Shown here: positions 31,152 through 43,766 of the stretch, piece by piece
Layout: every line of letters starts with the position of its first letter
How positions within the stretch are numbered: position 1 is the stretch's first letter
Source: an uncultured delta proteobacterium
GTDB lineage: Bacteria > Myxococcota_A > UBA9160 > SZUA-336
DNA length: 64,000 nucleotides
Reading direction: 5' to 3'
NCBI GenBank assembly: GCA_963704165.1
Contig: CAVPHD010000010.1
Span: 69,242 to 133,241 of the forward strand
Translations under genes and position numbers: made by a program
Notes under the pieces: model-generated
What the model saw: the letters and a program-made list of their open reading frames with translations, nothing else
The model's database searches: none
What the model was told of the DNA's origin: nothing

Positions 31152-32153
31152 TTAGCCCGCGTGGAGCATCCAGTAGTAGCCGAGCAGGAGGTAGTACATC
31201 ACGGGGATACCGAGCAAGGCGGAGTCGATCCGATCGAGCACCCCGCCGACGCCGGGCAGGATCCGGCCGGCGTCCTTGATCGCGGCGTCGCGCTTCAGCA
31301 AGGACTCGATCAGGTCGCCGACGACGCCAAACGATGCAAGCGTGACGCCGAAGGCGAAGGCCGCGCCCCAGTCGAGATCCTTCGCCAGATTGCCGGGAAT
31401 GAACCAGGTGAAGACGAGCTTCGTAGCCCCGGCGAGCAGCCCTCCGGTCACGACGCCGCCAAGCGCACCCTCGACCGATTTGTTGGGGCTGATCAGTGGC
31501 GCGAGCTTCCGCCGCCCATAGCGCCGACCGACGAAGTACGCCCCGACGTCGGATCCAACCACCGCCACGAGGCAGAACACCATGAAGAAGAAGCCGATCT
31601 GCGGGTCGAAGCTGTAGCCGTAGCGGCGCTCGAGTTCGCTCGAGACGAAGCGGACCGAAACCGCATACGAGAGCAGCCAGCCGACGTAGATCACGCCGAA
31701 GAAGGTCTCGGAGACGCTCGCGATCGCCTGGCGGATCTCTTGTTTGGTGAGCTGCAGGATCATCAGCGTCAACAACGTCACGGTCAGGGCGCTCGTCGCG
31801 AGCGATGCGTCGCCGATGTACGCGATCACCGGCAGGAACCCCGCAGCGGCGTAGCCGAGCAGGCGGTGCGGCGTCGCGCCCTTGGCCGTGATCAGGTCGT
31901 AGAACTCGTTCAAGCCGAGCAGGCTGAACCCGATGATCACGGCGACGAACGTCCAGCCGCCCGCGTAGCAGACCCAGATCACCGGCGGGATCAGGAACGC
32001 CGCCGTGATCAGCCGCAGCGTCAGGTTGCCGAGCATTCGGCGGCCGGCCGCATCCGCGGTCCGTGGCGTCGGCCGCTGCGGGTGCGCCGCATCGGCCCCC
32101 GGCGTGCCGAGCGGCTCTGCGGCGGGTCTACGGTCGCGATCCGCGGGTTCCAA
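31152..32153 (-). CDS. cdsA: Phosphatidate cytidylyltransferase
   Basis: [43 protein letters not shown] start behind AAGGAGAGG (alternative ATG at 32036). Confidence 0.93.
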   Translation of the reverse strand: MEPADRDRRPAAEPLGTPGADAAHPQRPTPRTADAAGRRMLGNLTLRLITAAFLIPPVIWVCYAGGWTFVAVIIGFSLLGLNEFYDLITAKGATPHRLLGYAAAGFLPVIAYIGDASLATSALTVTLLTLMILQLTKQEIRQAIASVSETFFGVIYVGWLLSYAVSVRFVSSELERRYGYSFDPQIGFFFMVFCLVAVVGSDVGAYFVGRRYGRRKLAPLISPNKSVEGALGGVVTGGLLAGATKLVFTWFIPGNLAKDLDWGAAFAFGVTLASFGVVGDLIESLLKRDAAIKDAGRILPGVGGVLDRIDSALLGIPVMYYLLLGYYWMLHAG

Positions 32154-32207
32154 GCCTCTCCTTCGGGGGCGCGGTGGATCTTAGCGCGGATCCGGGTTCG
32201 GCCGGGG

Positions 32208-32672
32208 CTAGCGACCCGTGTGGCCGAACCCCTGCCCTCCGCGGCCCGTCGCACCGAGCGCATCCGCCGTCTCGACCTCGTGGAGCACCGGCTGGAGCAC
32301 CGCCGCGATCACGAGCTGGGCGATCCGCTCGCCGCGGCGCAGGACGAAGGGCTCGCGGCCGCCGTTCTGCAGGATCACCGAGACCTCGCCGCGGTAGTCG
32401 GAATCGATCGTTCCCGGTGCGTTGGGCAACGTGATCCCATGCCGGAGCGCGAGGCCGCTGCGCGGCCGCACCTGCCCCTCGTATCCGGGTGGAATCGCGA
32501 GCGCGAAGCCCGTGGGAACGAGCGCTCGCTCGCCGGGCGCGAGCACGAGATCGACCTCGACGGCGGCACAGAGGTCGAGCCCCGCGCTGCCCGCCGTGGC
32601 TCGGGCGGGCAGCGGGAGGTCGGCGTCACGCGCGCCACGCACGCGATGGATCCGGACCTCGATCCGGTCCAT
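32208..32672 (-). CDS. dut: dUTP diphosphatase
   Basis: [39 protein letters not shown]. Confidence 0.96.
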   Translation of the reverse strand: MDRIEVRIHRVRGARDADLPLPARATAGSAGLDLCAAVEVDLVLAPGERALVPTGFALAIPPGYEGQVRPRSGLALRHGITLPNAPGTIDSDYRGEVSVILQNGGREPFVLRRGERIAQLVIAAVLQPVLHEVETADALGATGRGGQGFGHTGR

Positions 32673-32674
32673 TC

Positions 32675-34846
32675 CTACGCTTGCGAGAGCTCGATCTGCT
32701 CCGCCAGCGCCGCGCGCCGGGAGAGTCGGATCTTGCCGCTCGGATCGACATCGAGGCACTTGACGAGAACCTCGTCGCCCTCGACGCAGACGTCCTCGAC
32801 TTTGGCGACGCGCCGGTCGGCCAGCTCGGAGATGTGCAGCAGACCGTCGGTGCCCGGGAAGATCTCCACGAACGCGCCGAAGTCGGTGATCTTCTTGACC
32901 TTGCCGACGTACATCCGGCCGATCTCCGCCTCCTGCGTCACTTCTTCGACCATGCCCTGACACTTCAGCAGCGTCTCGCGATTGGGCGCGAAGATCATGC
33001 AGCGACCGGAGTCGTCCACATCGACCTTGGCTCCGGTCGTCTCCTGGATTCCGCGGATCACCTTGCCTCCGGGGCCGATCAGGTCGCGGATGCGGTCGGG
33101 CTTGATCCAGACCACCGCGATGCGCGGCGCGTTCTCGGACAGATCCGCGCGCGGCACGAATCCCGGCAGCGAAGCGGCGGTCTCCTCGGCCATGCGCTTC
33201 AGGATGTGCAGCCTTCCCTGGCGCGCCTGCTCGAGCGCCTTCTCCATCACGGCCCAGTCGAGGCCCTCGATCTTGAGGTCCATCTGGATCGCCGTGATGC
33301 CCTGCGTCGATCCGGCGACCTTGAAGTCCATGTCGCCGAGGTGGTCCTCGTCGCCGAGGATGTCGGAGAGCACCGCGTGGCGCTTCCCGTCGGTGATCAG
33401 GCCCATCGCGATGCCCGCGACCGGCGCCGAAATCTGGATGCCCGCGTCCATGAGCGCGAGCGATCCGCCGCAGACCGAGGCCATCGACGAGCTGCCGTTC
33501 GACTCGAGGATCTCCGACACGATGCGAATCGTGAACGGGGTCTCCTCGCCATCGGGCAGAACCATCTTCACCGCGCGCTCCGCGAGTGCGCCGTGACCCT
33601 GCTCGCGCCGGTTCGGCGCGCGCAGCGGACGGACTTCACCGGTCGAGAACGGCAGGAAGTTGTAGTGCATGAAGAACTTCCGATAGAAGGTGTCCTTCAG
33701 GCCCTCGATCATCTGCTCGTCGCGCTTTCCGCCGAGCGTCGCGGTCACCATCGCCTGGGTCTCGCCCCGCGTGAACAGAGCCGAACCGTGCGCGCCGGAG
33801 AGCTCCGAGACGCTGCACGTGATCTTGCGGATGTCCGTGGTCGAACGCCCGTCGATGCGCGACTTGCCGTCGAGGATGTCCTCGCGCATCGCGCGCCCGC
33901 GCAGATCGTGAAGGATGTCCTTCACCTCGCTCGCGAGCTTTCGTCCCGCAGACTGTGCGGCCTCGACTTCGGCCAGGGTGGTGAGCTCGCGCTTCGCCTC
34001 GCGGAACGGCGCGACGAAGGCCGCGATCACTTCGGCGTCGATCGCGTCGAACGCCTTGTAGCGCTCCTTCTTCTCGGTCTTCCTCGAGGCCTCGCGGATC
34101 CGATCGAGTGCCATCGCTTCGATCTTGCGCTCGAGCTCCGCGTCGCGCTGCGGCTTCGGCGGAACCCGCTTCGTCTTGCCGGCCTTCGCGACGAGCTTTT
34201 CCTGCGCTTCGATCAGCGTCACGATCTCGCGGTGGCCGAAGCGCAACGCCTCGAGGATCACGGACTCCGAAACCTGCTTCGCACCGCCTTCGACCATCAC
34301 CAGCGCGTCCTTCGAGCCCGCGACGATGATGTTCAGGTCTGCGAGCTCCGTCTCCGCGACCGTTCCGTTGGCGATCAGCTTTCCATCGACGCGCGAGACG
34401 CGCACCGCGGCGATCGGCGAGGGGAACGGGACGTCGCTCAGCATGACTGCCGCGGAGGCGCCAACGAAGGCCAGCACGTCCGTGTCGTAGTCCCGATCCG
34501 CCGAGAGCACCTGCGCCGTGACCTGGGTCTCGTCGCGATAGCCATCGGGAAAGAGTGGGCGCAGCGCGCGATCGATGAATCGGGACGTCAGCACCTCCCG
34601 CTCCGTCATGCCGCGCTCGCGCTTGAAGAACCCGCCGGGGATCTTCCCGGCCGCGTAGATCTTCTCGATGTAGTCGACCGTGAGCGGGAAGAAGTCGATC
34701 CCCTCTCTCGGCTTTGCGGAGTTCACGGTGACCAGCACCGCGGACTTCCCCTGCGTGACCAACACCGAACCGTTCGATTGCTTGGCAAGTCGCCCTGTCT
34801 CGATCGAGATGACCTTGCCGTCTACCGTTGCTTGAACCGTTTCCAT
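32675..34846 (-). CDS. pnp: Polyribonucleotide nucleotidyltransferase
   Basis: [40 protein letters not shown] and S1 domains; ATG at 34846. Confidence 0.98.
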   Translation of the reverse strand: METVQATVDGKVISIETGRLAKQSNGSVLVTQGKSAVLVTVNSAKPREGIDFFPLTVDYIEKIYAAGKIPGGFFKRERGMTEREVLTSRFIDRALRPLFPDGYRDETQVTAQVLSADRDYDTDVLAFVGASAAVMLSDVPFPSPIAAVRVSRVDGKLIANGTVAETELADLNIIVAGSKDALVMVEGGAKQVSESVILEALRFGHREIVTLIEAQEKLVAKAGKTKRVPPKPQRDAELERKIEAMALDRIREASRKTEKKERYKAFDAIDAEVIAAFVAPFREAKRELTTLAEVEAAQSAGRKLASEVKDILHDLRGRAMREDILDGKSRIDGRSTTDIRKITCSVSELSGAHGSALFTRGETQAMVTATLGGKRDEQMIEGLKDTFYRKFFMHYNFLPFSTGEVRPLRAPNRREQGHGALAERAVKMVLPDGEETPFTIRIVSEILESNGSSSMASVCGGSLALMDAGIQISAPVAGIAMGLITDGKRHAVLSDILGDEDHLGDMDFKVAGSTQGITAIQMDLKIEGLDWAVMEKALEQARQGRLHILKRMAEETAASLPGFVPRADLSENAPRIAVVWIKPDRIRDLIGPGGKVIRGIQETTGAKVDVDDSGRCMIFAPNRETLLKCQGMVEEVTQEAEIGRMYVGKVKKITDFGAFVEIFPGTDGLLHISELADRRVAKVEDVCVEGDEVLVKCLDVDPSGKIRLSRRAALAEQIELSQA

Positions 34847-34865
34847 TCTGTCCTTTACCTGTGTT

Positions 34866-35022
34866 CGGCGGCTGGACGCACCTGCGTCCGCCGCGCCTTC
34901 TTTGCGATTTCGAGGCCCGAGATGCGGGCGGGACTGGCAGCGGGGGAGTGGCGGAACGAGCACGAAGCGCCGCCATGCCCTGAGAATTCAGGGGCTGCGC
35001 TCATGGCTCATCCCGCATCTCG
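34866..35022 (-). promoter_or_regulatory. Structured rpsO-pnp intergenic leader (nested stem-loops)
   Basis: 11-bp inverted repeat cgagatgcggg (34918-34928) / cccgcatctcg (35012-35022) enclosing hairpins tggcgg..ccgcca and ccctga-gaat-tcaggg; further ggacgca/tgcgtcc hairpin near the pnp start. Confidence 0.5.
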
Positions 35023-35082
35023 CATCCAGTGACCCGATCCAGCCGGACTCACGTCGCGGCTTCAACCTCGAGCGAAGATCAA

Positions 35083-35349
35083 CTATCGACGCAGTCCCAG
35101 CTTGTCGATCAAGGCCTGGTAGCGCCCTTCATCGTTCCGTCGAAGGTAGTCGAGCAGACTTCGCCTCTGGCTCACGAGCATCAGAAGCCCGCGGCGCGAG
35201 TGGTGGTCCTTGACGTGGACCTGGAGATGGTCGGTGAGCTGTGTGACGCGCTCGCTGAGGAGCGCGATCTGCACCTCGCAGGATCCGGTGTCCCCGGGCT
35301 TGCGCTGGTGTTGGCTTACGATCTCGTGCCGGCGTTCGGCGTTCAGCAA
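35083..35349 (-). CDS. rpsO: 30S ribosomal protein S15
   Basis: [32 protein letters not shown] start gives 88 aa. Confidence 0.97.
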   Translation of the reverse strand: MLNAERRHEIVSQHQRKPGDTGSCEVQIALLSERVTQLTDHLQVHVKDHHSRRGLLMLVSQRRSLLDYLRRNDEGRYQALIDKLGLRR

Positions 35350-35375
35350 GTTTCTACCTTCTGGAATTGCGACGG

Positions 35376-35405
35376 TGTATAGCAGAGGGGCCCCGCGACC
35401 CGCAA
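35376..35405 (-). promoter_or_regulatory. Putative sigma-70 promoter of rpsO
   Basis: TTGCGG-N18-TATACA with an extended -10 TG, ~27 nt upstream of the start. Confidence 0.4.
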
Positions 35406-35446
35406 TGCACAAATTCGATCTGCATCGCGATCGGTACCGCCTGCCC

Positions 35447-36331
35447 TCAACCCTCGCTCCCCTGCAGGAAGACCCGCAGCGTTCGCAGCTCTGGAATTCC
35501 GCGCTGGGCCTCGACCAGGGCCACCAGGCCGCCCGAGTGGACGAGCTGCATCACTCCTTCGCTCGGAGCGCCCTTCACCTCGTTCCGGCCCAGCTGCACG
35601 CCGTTCGCGATCCGCCGTGAGGTGCGCGCATCGACCTCGACGGTCGGCAGCCCCGTGGCCGCGATCATCGGGATCACACGCTCGTGGCCGAGGCTGTCGA
35701 GCTCGGCGAGCGGGACCGCTTGGGCCGTCGTGAAGGGGCCGCTCCGCGTGCGGCAGAGCTCCCAGAGATGCGCCCCGACGCCGAGTGCGCGTCCGAGGTC
35801 ATGGGCCATCGAGCGCAGGTAGGTTCCCGAGCTGCAATCGACCTCGATGGTCACGAAAGGAGGCTCGTAGGCGACGAGCTCGAGCCGCCGGATGGTCACA
35901 CGGCGCGGCTCGAGCACGACCTCCTCGCCGCGTCGCGCGCGCCGGTAGGCGGCCTCCCCGCCCGTCTTCACAGCGGAGTACGGCGGGGGTACCTGCTCGA
36001 TCTCACCCCGAAAAGCGGCAAGCGACTGCTCGAGATCCTCCGCGCTCGGCCAGGGCCCGGACGTCTCGCGCGTGATCGCACCCTCGCGGTCGTAGGTGGT
36101 GGTCTCGATGCCGAGCCGGAGTTTTCCCCGGTAGCTCTTCTCGCCGTGCGTCAGCAGCTGCGAGAGCTTGGTCGCCTCGCCGAGCGCGATCGGCAGGACG
36201 CCCGTCGCGAGCGGATCGAGCGTGCCGAGGTGGCCCACGCGGCGCTGTTTCGCCCAGCGCCGGACGTACTGCACGACGTCGTGCGAGGTGACACCGGCCG
36301 GCTTGTCGATCACCAGGAAGCCGTCGATCAA
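35447..36331 (-). CDS. truB: tRNA pseudouridine(55) synthase
   Basis: [44 protein letters not shown] overlaps the rbfA stop. Confidence 0.96.
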   Translation of the reverse strand: MIDGFLVIDKPAGVTSHDVVQYVRRWAKQRRVGHLGTLDPLATGVLPIALGEATKLSQLLTHGEKSYRGKLRLGIETTTYDREGAITRETSGPWPSAEDLEQSLAAFRGEIEQVPPPYSAVKTGGEAAYRRARRGEEVVLEPRRVTIRRLELVAYEPPFVTIEVDCSSGTYLRSMAHDLGRALGVGAHLWELCRTRSGPFTTAQAVPLAELDSLGHERVIPMIAATGLPTVEVDARTSRRIANGVQLGRNEVKGAPSEGVMQLVHSGGLVALVEAQRGIPELRTLRVFLQGSEG

Positions 36332-36693
36332 GCGGGCTCCTCCTTCTTCTGCTTCTCGACACGCGCCTGCTCGAGTTCCCGCAGCACGCCCTCGACACGC
36401 TCCGCGCGCGCGAGCGTCTCGTCGAGCCGGAAGTCGAGCTCCGGCACGCGACGGATCTGGAGTTCGGCCGCGAGGCAGCGCCGAAGGTACGGCTTGGCCT
36501 TCTCGATCGCCTCCGTCGCGGCCGCCACCGGGCCCAGCGTTCCCCAATACACGCGCGCGTAGCTGCCGTCGGGGGCAACGCGCACTTCGTTCACGCTGAC
36601 TTCGGCGAGCCGGGGATCGCCGACGCGCTGGCGCAGAATGGTCGCAATCCGCTCTCGGATCTCGTGTGCGAGTCGAGCCTGGCTGTGCTTCAT
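36328..36693 (-). CDS. rbfA: 30S ribosome-binding factor A
   Basis: DPRL, ARVY, RRVPELDF; position between infB and truB. Confidence 0.93.
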   Translation of the reverse strand: MKHSQARLAHEIRERIATILRQRVGDPRLAEVSVNEVRVAPDGSYARVYWGTLGPVAAATEAIEKAKPYLRRCLAAELQIRRVPELDFRLDETLARAERVEGVLRELEQARVEKQKKEEPA

Positions 36694-37022
36694 GCGTTCG
36701 CCCCATCCTCGTCTTCATCGACTTCGTCCACCTCGTCGAGGCGCACGACGGTGACGTCGTCGGAGACGACTTCGCCCAGACCCAGGCTCTCGACGTAGTG
36801 AATCACCTTTTCCATTCCCTCGCGCAGATGTCTAGGATCGATTCCCACCATCACGCAGCCGATGCAGACCGAGTGGCGCTCGTCCTGATCGGCGACCTCC
36901 GCGACCGAGACGTTGAAGCGCTGGCGAACGCGGTCCTTGATCGAGCGCGCAACGCGTCGCCGGTCCTTGATCGTCTCCGACTCCAAGAGGTCGAGCTCGA
37001 TCAGCGCGGCTGCGATCAGCAT
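36690..37022 (-). CDS. DUF503 family protein
   Basis: KDRRRV..RFNVSVAEV..QD motif; conserved position after infB. Confidence 0.88.
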   Translation of the reverse strand: MLIAAALIELDLLESETIKDRRRVARSIKDRVRQRFNVSVAEVADQDERHSVCIGCVMVGIDPRHLREGMEKVIHYVESLGLGEVVSDDVTVVRLDEVDEVDEDEDGANA

Positions 37023-37024
37023 GG

Positions 37025-39622
37025 CTAGAGCGAGTCGGGTGTCTGCTCGATCTCGAAGGCCTCGATCCGGTCCCCGACCTTCACGTCGTTGTAGTTCTCG
37101 ATTCCGATACCGCACTCGAGCGGTGCCACTACTTCCCGCACGTCGTCCTTGAAGCGGCGGAGCGACGAGAGCTTGCCGGCGTAGATCACGATGCCGTCGC
37201 GCAGGATGCGTGCACGTGCGGAGCGCGAGATCTTGCCGTCCTCCATCGCGCAGCCGGCGATCGTGCCGAGCTTCGGAATGTGGAAGAGCTCCTTGACGAG
37301 CGCCGTCCCGAGTCGCTTCTCCGTCTCCTTCGGTGGCAACAGACCGCGCATGAGCAGGATCGCGTCGTCGAGGAGCTCGTAGACGATGTCGAAGCTGCGA
37401 ATCGTGACCGCCTCGCGCTCCGCGAGCTTGCGTGCCGCCGGCTCGGGCCTGACGTGGAACGCGAAGATGACCGCCTTCGAGGCGGCCGCGAGCATGACGT
37501 CGCTCTCCTTGACGCCGCCGACACCGTGGTGGATGACGGTCAGCTTCACCTTGTCGGTCGAGAGCTTCGCGAGCGCCTCGCGAATCGCCTCGACCGTTCC
37601 CTGGACATCGGCCTTCACGACGGCGAAGAGCTCGCGCTCGCCCGTGCCCTCCATTCGCGCGAAGAGCACCTCCGCGCTGAGCGCACTCGGCTTGGTCTCC
37701 TCGGCGGCGGCGGCGGCCTTCTGCTGGTCGAGCGCGAGCCGGTGATCGGCGATCTGCTTGGCTTCGCGCTCGTTCTTCACGACGAGCAGCTCATCGCCCG
37801 CGAGCGGCACGCCCGAGAGCCCGACGATCCGCACAGGCGTGGACGGGCCGGCTTTCTTCACGGTGCCGCCGTCGGCATCGATCAACGAGCGAACGCGTCC
37901 GTAGACGCCGCCGGCGACGATCGCATCTCCGGGGGTCAGCGTTCCCTCGCGGACGAGAACCGTCGCGAGCGGTCCGCGGCCGCGGTCGAGCTCGGCCTCG
38001 ACGACGACGCCGCGGGCCGAGGCCTTCGGATTCGCGCGCAGCTCGAGCACTTCGGCCTGGAGCGCGATCATCTCGAGCAGCTTGTCGACGCCGGTCCCCT
38101 TGGTCGCCGAGACATCGACGCAGATCGTCTCGCCGCCGAATTCCTCGGAGACGAGTCCGTGCTCGAGCAGAGCCTGCCGGACGCGCTGGGGATTCGCATC
38201 GGGCTTGTCGACCTTGTTCACCGCGACCAGGATCGGAACTCCAGCCGCCTTGGCGTGGGCGATCGCCTCGATCGTCTGCGGCATCACGCCGTCATCCGCG
38301 GCGACGACGAGCACCACGACGTCCGTGACCTGCGCTCCGCGCGCTCGCATCTGCGAGAAGGCGGCGTGGCCCGGCGTGTCGATGAACGTCACGAGGCTGC
38401 CGTCGGACGACTGCGCCTGGTACGCGCCGATGTGCTGGGTGATGCCGCCGGCTTCGCCGGCCGCGACCTTCGTCTCGCGAATCCGGTCGAGCAGAGAAGT
38501 CTTGCCGTGATCGACGTGTCCCATGACCGTGACCACCGGCGGGCGCAGCTCGCCATCGCCCTCCAACGCCGGAGCCCGCGTCGCCGCGAGCGCCCGCTCC
38601 ACCTCCGACGTCACGCGCTGAACCTCGCAGCCGAGATCCTCGGCGATCAGCGCGGCCGATTCCCCGTCGAGAAAGTCGTCCTCGGCAAAGGACGAATCGA
38701 GCGCACGCGCGCGGCGCTGCAGGTCGCGGACCTTCACGCCGCTCTGGCGCGAAAGATCGACGATGGTGATTCGAGCGCCGATCTTCACGACCCGCTTCAC
38801 GTCGCCCGGCGCCGGAGGGGCCGATTTGCGTCCGGCACTCGCGACCCGCCGTCGCTGCGGCTGGGCGCGCGATTGCTGCTCGACGAGCATGCGGCGCCTC
38901 TCGAGCTGCGCCTGCACGTTCCCGCCGCGCATCATGCGCGCAATCGTCTCCTGCTCACGGAGCGTCAGGTCTGCGCGCGCAGGCCGCGGCGGGCGCGCGG
39001 TCTTGCGCCCAGCCGTTCCGGGGAACGGAGCACTCTCGGGCTCGGCCTCGACCTCACGCGTCGGAAGCGGAACCCCACGCTTTGGAATCGCCGCGTCCGA
39101 AGCTGGCGTACTCGAAGCCGCCGCGGGCGGCGCAGCGGCGAGCAGTGGATCCTCGACCACGCGCACGGGCGTGGTGACTCGACCGATCGGGCGATCGGGG
39201 TCGCGCGTCTCCGGCGCAGACGAGGCGGCAATCGGCGGGGCCTCTTCGACGGGCGTGGCGGAGCCCGGCGGCGCCGTTTCGGGTTCGGCTGCCGGCGCGG
39301 CTACATCGGCCGCGATCGGCGATTCAGCGTCGGTCGACGCGGCGTCCGCGTCGCTCTCCGACGCTTGCGCCTCGTCGCCGTCGGTCTCGGTCTTGCGCTT
39401 CCGCCGGCGGATGACACCGGAGCCGACGCGCTTCTGCACCGTCTCGGCCTCGGATCCGGGTGCGAGCCTACGCCGGATGGTGTTGGCTTGATCCTCGTCG
39501 ATGGTGGCCATCGGGTTGCGGATCTCGATGCCGATCTCCGCCGCCTTCTTGATGAGGTCCTCACGCGAGAGCTCGAGCTCCTCCGCGAGTTTGTACGCTC
39601 TCATCCCCTTGGCCATCCTCAT
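37025..39622 (-). CDS. infB: Translation initiation factor IF-2
   Basis: [41 protein letters not shown]; start at 39622 or 39616. Confidence 0.98.
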   Translation of the reverse strand: MRMAKGMRAYKLAEELELSREDLIKKAAEIGIEIRNPMATIDEDQANTIRRRLAPGSEAETVQKRVGSGVIRRRKRKTETDGDEAQASESDADAASTDAESPIAADVAAPAAEPETAPPGSATPVEEAPPIAASSAPETRDPDRPIGRVTTPVRVVEDPLLAAAPPAAASSTPASDAAIPKRGVPLPTREVEAEPESAPFPGTAGRKTARPPRPARADLTLREQETIARMMRGGNVQAQLERRRMLVEQQSRAQPQRRRVASAGRKSAPPAPGDVKRVVKIGARITIVDLSRQSGVKVRDLQRRARALDSSFAEDDFLDGESAALIAEDLGCEVQRVTSEVERALAATRAPALEGDGELRPPVVTVMGHVDHGKTSLLDRIRETKVAAGEAGGITQHIGAYQAQSSDGSLVTFIDTPGHAAFSQMRARGAQVTDVVVLVVAADDGVMPQTIEAIAHAKAAGVPILVAVNKVDKPDANPQRVRQALLEHGLVSEEFGGETICVDVSATKGTGVDKLLEMIALQAEVLELRANPKASARGVVVEAELDRGRGPLATVLVREGTLTPGDAIVAGGVYGRVRSLIDADGGTVKKAGPSTPVRIVGLSGVPLAGDELLVVKNEREAKQIADHRLALDQQKAAAAAEETKPSALSAEVLFARMEGTGERELFAVVKADVQGTVEAIREALAKLSTDKVKLTVIHHGVGGVKESDVMLAAASKAVIFAFHVRPEPAARKLAEREAVTIRSFDIVYELLDDAILLMRGLLPPKETEKRLGTALVKELFHIPKLGTIAGCAMEDGKISRSARARILRDGIVIYAGKLSSLRRFKDDVREVVAPLECGIGIENYNDVKVGDRIEAFEIEQTPDSL

Positions 39623-39648
39623 TCAGCCTTTCCCGGCGCTAGCGCCGG

Positions 39649-40979
<1,331 letters not shown>

Positions 40980-40983
<4 letters not shown>

Positions 40984-41471
40984 CTCTTGGGCTTCTTCGA
41001 CGAGCCAAAGGGAAAGAACGCCTTCGCGCGCTCGATGGCCGCGAACGGGATTTCGAACGCACGACCCTCACTCTCCACGCGAGCCACCGCGCCGTCGAAG
41101 GCGACGAGCTCGCCCTTGAAGCGCCGTCGACCGTCGATCGCATTGCGTGTCTCGATCGCGACGCGTCGCCCGACCGCGCGCGTGAAGTCGATCTCGCGGC
41201 CGAGCGTGCGATCGACACCGGGCGAGCAGACCTCGAGCGTGTACGCGGATGGAATCAGCTCGGAGACGTCGAGGCCATGCCCGACCTCGCGCGAGATCGC
41301 TGCACACTCATCGACGAGCACACGACCGTCGCCCGCCGGCGTGTCCACCACGATCCGGACGAGCGACCGCGCCGGCCCGCGTCCGATTCCCGCATCGACC
41401 AGTTCGAGCCCGTGCGACTGCACGACCGGCTCGACGACTCGTCGAAGATCTGCGGGAATATCTTTGTACAT
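40980..41471 (-). CDS. rimP: Ribosome maturation factor RimP
   Basis: [28 protein letters not shown] at 41471. Confidence 0.93.
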
Positions 41472-41543
41472 CGCGATGTTCTGCGAAATCACCAAGCCTT
41501 CACTCGAGTTCTGGAAAAGACCCGTTGCCCGATCTCCGGCGAC

Positions 41544-41572
41544 AAAAAAAGGCGGACGCACCGCCCACCTTC
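41544..41572 (-). terminator. rimP-leader-like attenuator hairpin
   Basis: AAGGTGGGCG-GTG-CGTCCGCCTT followed by a T-run, ~70 nt upstream of rimP. Confidence 0.65.
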
Positions 41573-41674
41573 TCCGGAAATCCCGGTGCCGAAGAGCGTC
41601 GGAGAGATATCAAAAGCACCCCTCGCCGGCAACTTCTAGGTGCCTGATTTCCGGTCAGTTTCGGGCCGTGAGCG

Positions 41675-42604
41675 CTAGCTGGCGGGCCAGGGCTCGAGCG
41701 CGCCGACCAGGTCTCGAACCCGGGCAATGCCGTGCTGGCGGCAGTAGGCCTCGATTCCGTCACGGATCTCGATCCCTGCGGACGGATTGGCGTACGTGAT
41801 CGTGCCGACCTGGACAGCAGTCGCGCCGCAGAGCAGGAACGCGACGGCGTCTTCGCCCGAGGCGATTCCGCCGATCCCGCAGATCGGGATCTTCACCGCG
41901 CGCGAGGCCTGAAAGACCATCCGCAGCGCGATCGGCAGAATCGCCGGTCCCGACAGTCCGCCGAGCCCGTTGCGCAGGGCCGTCCGGCGCCGGTGCACGT
42001 CCACCATCAGCCCCTGTACCGCGTTGATCATCGACAGGCCGTCCGCGCCCTCGCCCTCGCAGACGCGCGCCATCTCCGCGATCGACGTGACGTTGGGCGA
42101 GAGCTTCACCAGCAGCGGCCGCGTGGTCGCACGCCGGCACGCGCGCACGAGTTCGGCGAGCACGCGCGGATCCTGTCCGAACTCGATCCCGCCGGCCTTC
42201 ACGTGGGGACAGCTCGCGTTGAGCTCGAGCGCCGCCACACGCCCGACACCGTCGAGGCGCTTGCACACCTCCGCGTAGCGCTCGAGCTCGGTCTCGAAGA
42301 CGCTCGCGAAGACCACGACCCCATCGGGAAGCGCGGGGAGCTTCTCGCGGACGAACGCCTCGACGCCGACGTTCTCGAGGCTGATCGCATTCAGCATCCC
42401 CGCCGGGGTCTCGGTGATCCGCGGCGGCAGGTTTCCGGCGCGCGGCTCGAGCGTCAGCGACTTCGCGACGATCCCGCCGAGCGCCTCGAGCGCGATCAGG
42501 GGCGAGAGCTCCGTCCCGTAGCCACAGGTGCCGCTCGCGAGCAAGACCGGATTGCGCAGCGCCACGCCGCAGATCTCGGTCCCGAGATCGACTCTCGAGG
42601 TCAC
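41675..42604 (-). CDS. pyrD: Dihydroorotate dehydrogenase 1B catalytic subunit
   Basis: LASGTCG, GMLNAI, ELNASCPHV, VKLSPNV, GGLSGPAI; GTG overlaps the pyrK stop. Confidence 0.95.
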   Translation of the reverse strand: MTSRVDLGTEICGVALRNPVLLASGTCGYGTELSPLIALEALGGIVAKSLTLEPRAGNLPPRITETPAGMLNAISLENVGVEAFVREKLPALPDGVVVFASVFETELERYAEVCKRLDGVGRVAALELNASCPHVKAGGIEFGQDPRVLAELVRACRRATTRPLLVKLSPNVTSIAEMARVCEGEGADGLSMINAVQGLMVDVHRRRTALRNGLGGLSGPAILPIALRMVFQASRAVKIPICGIGGIASGEDAVAFLLCGATAVQVGTITYANPSAGIEIRDGIEAYCRQHGIARVRDLVGALEPWPAS

Positions 42605-43341
42605 GAACTCGCCTCCCAGCCGAGCGTGGCCGCATCGAAGACGGGTCCGTGGGTGCACACGTAGCGGAAGCCGGCCGGCGTCTTCACCGCGCACCCGAGG
42701 CAGACGCCGAATCCGCAGGCCATGTTGTTCTCGAGCGAGACGAAGCAGCGCGCCCCAGCGGCGGCCGCGAGTTCGCGTGCGCGCTGCATCATGGCGAGCG
42801 GTCCGCACGCGTACACGGTCTCGCCCGCGCGCGCCGTGAGCAGATCCGTCACGAGTCCGCGCGTTCCGAACGATCCGTCGTCGGTGGCTACCGCAAGCTC
42901 GAGGCCGAGAGCTTCGAAGTCGGCGAGCCCGAGGATGTCTGCGCGCGTGCGCCCGCCGAGCAGCACGCGCGGCTCGGGCACCGACGCCCTTGCGAGCTCG
43001 TAGAGCGAAGCGATCCCGCTTCCGCCACCGACGAGCGTCGCCGGACCCGCCGGTAGCGCGAAGCCGTTCCCGAGCGGGCCGAGCAAGGCGAGCTTCGCTC
43101 CCCTCGGAAGCTCGGCCATGATGCGGGTACCGCGGCCGACCACCTTGAACCGGAATTCGAGCGCCCTGGCATCACCGCGATAGATCGCCATCGGGCGCGG
43201 GAGGAGCGGGTCGCGGTGAGCACGCGAGGGATCGAGGCCGAGCATCGCGAATTGACCGGGCCGGTGCCCCGGCCAACCGGGCACCTCGAGAACGAGCCGT
43301 GTGGCGTCCGCTTCGCGCACGGTCGCATGGACTCGGATCAA
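42601..43341 (-). CDS. pyrK: Dihydroorotate dehydrogenase electron-transfer subunit
   Basis: PGQF, GPLGNGF, ACGP, MACGFGVCLGC..VCTHGPVF. Confidence 0.93.
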   Translation of the reverse strand: MIRVHATVREADATRLVLEVPGWPGHRPGQFAMLGLDPSRAHRDPLLPRPMAIYRGDARALEFRFKVVGRGTRIMAELPRGAKLALLGPLGNGFALPAGPATLVGGGSGIASLYELARASVPEPRVLLGGRTRADILGLADFEALGLELAVATDDGSFGTRGLVTDLLTARAGETVYACGPLAMMQRARELAAAAGARCFVSLENNMACGFGVCLGCAVKTPAGFRYVCTHGPVFDAATLGWEASS

Positions 43342-43766
43342 AGCGCGGATCCGAGGACGAGGGCGTCCTCTCCGTCGCGGTAGTACTTCGCTCGCACACC
43401 CGAATTCGCGAACCCGAGCGATCGGTAGAGCGAGAGGGCCGGAGCATTCGAGCTGCGCACCTCGAGCGACACGAGGCGCACGCCCTCGCGGCGAAAGCGA
43501 TCGAGGAGCTCGACGACGAGCGCGCGTCCGAGACCCTGTCCGCGCGAATCCTTCTCCACCGCGAGCGTGAGGATCTCCGCTTCTTCTCCGCTGCGCCAGC
43601 CGAGTACGAAGCCGCACATCGGCTCGGTCACGACCGCGCACATCCCGGGTCGTGAGAGCGATGCGCGGATCGAAGCCTCCGACCAGGCCTCCGGCAGCGC
43701 CTCGCGTGCAATTCGCGCGAGAGCCGCGGCGTCGCCGTCCGATGCGTCGCGCAAACTAGTCGGCAT
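43338..43766 (-). CDS. rimI: Ribosomal-protein alanine N-acetyltransferase (GNAT)
   Basis: EAEILTLAV, RGQGLG, LEVRSSN..ALSLY, RAKYY..GEDA. Confidence 0.88.
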   Translation of the reverse strand: MPTSLRDASDGDAAALARIAREALPEAWSEASIRASLSRPGMCAVVTEPMCGFVLGWRSGEEAEILTLAVEKDSRGQGLGRALVVELLDRFRREGVRLVSLEVRSSNAPALSLYRSLGFANSGVRAKYYRDGEDALVLGSAL

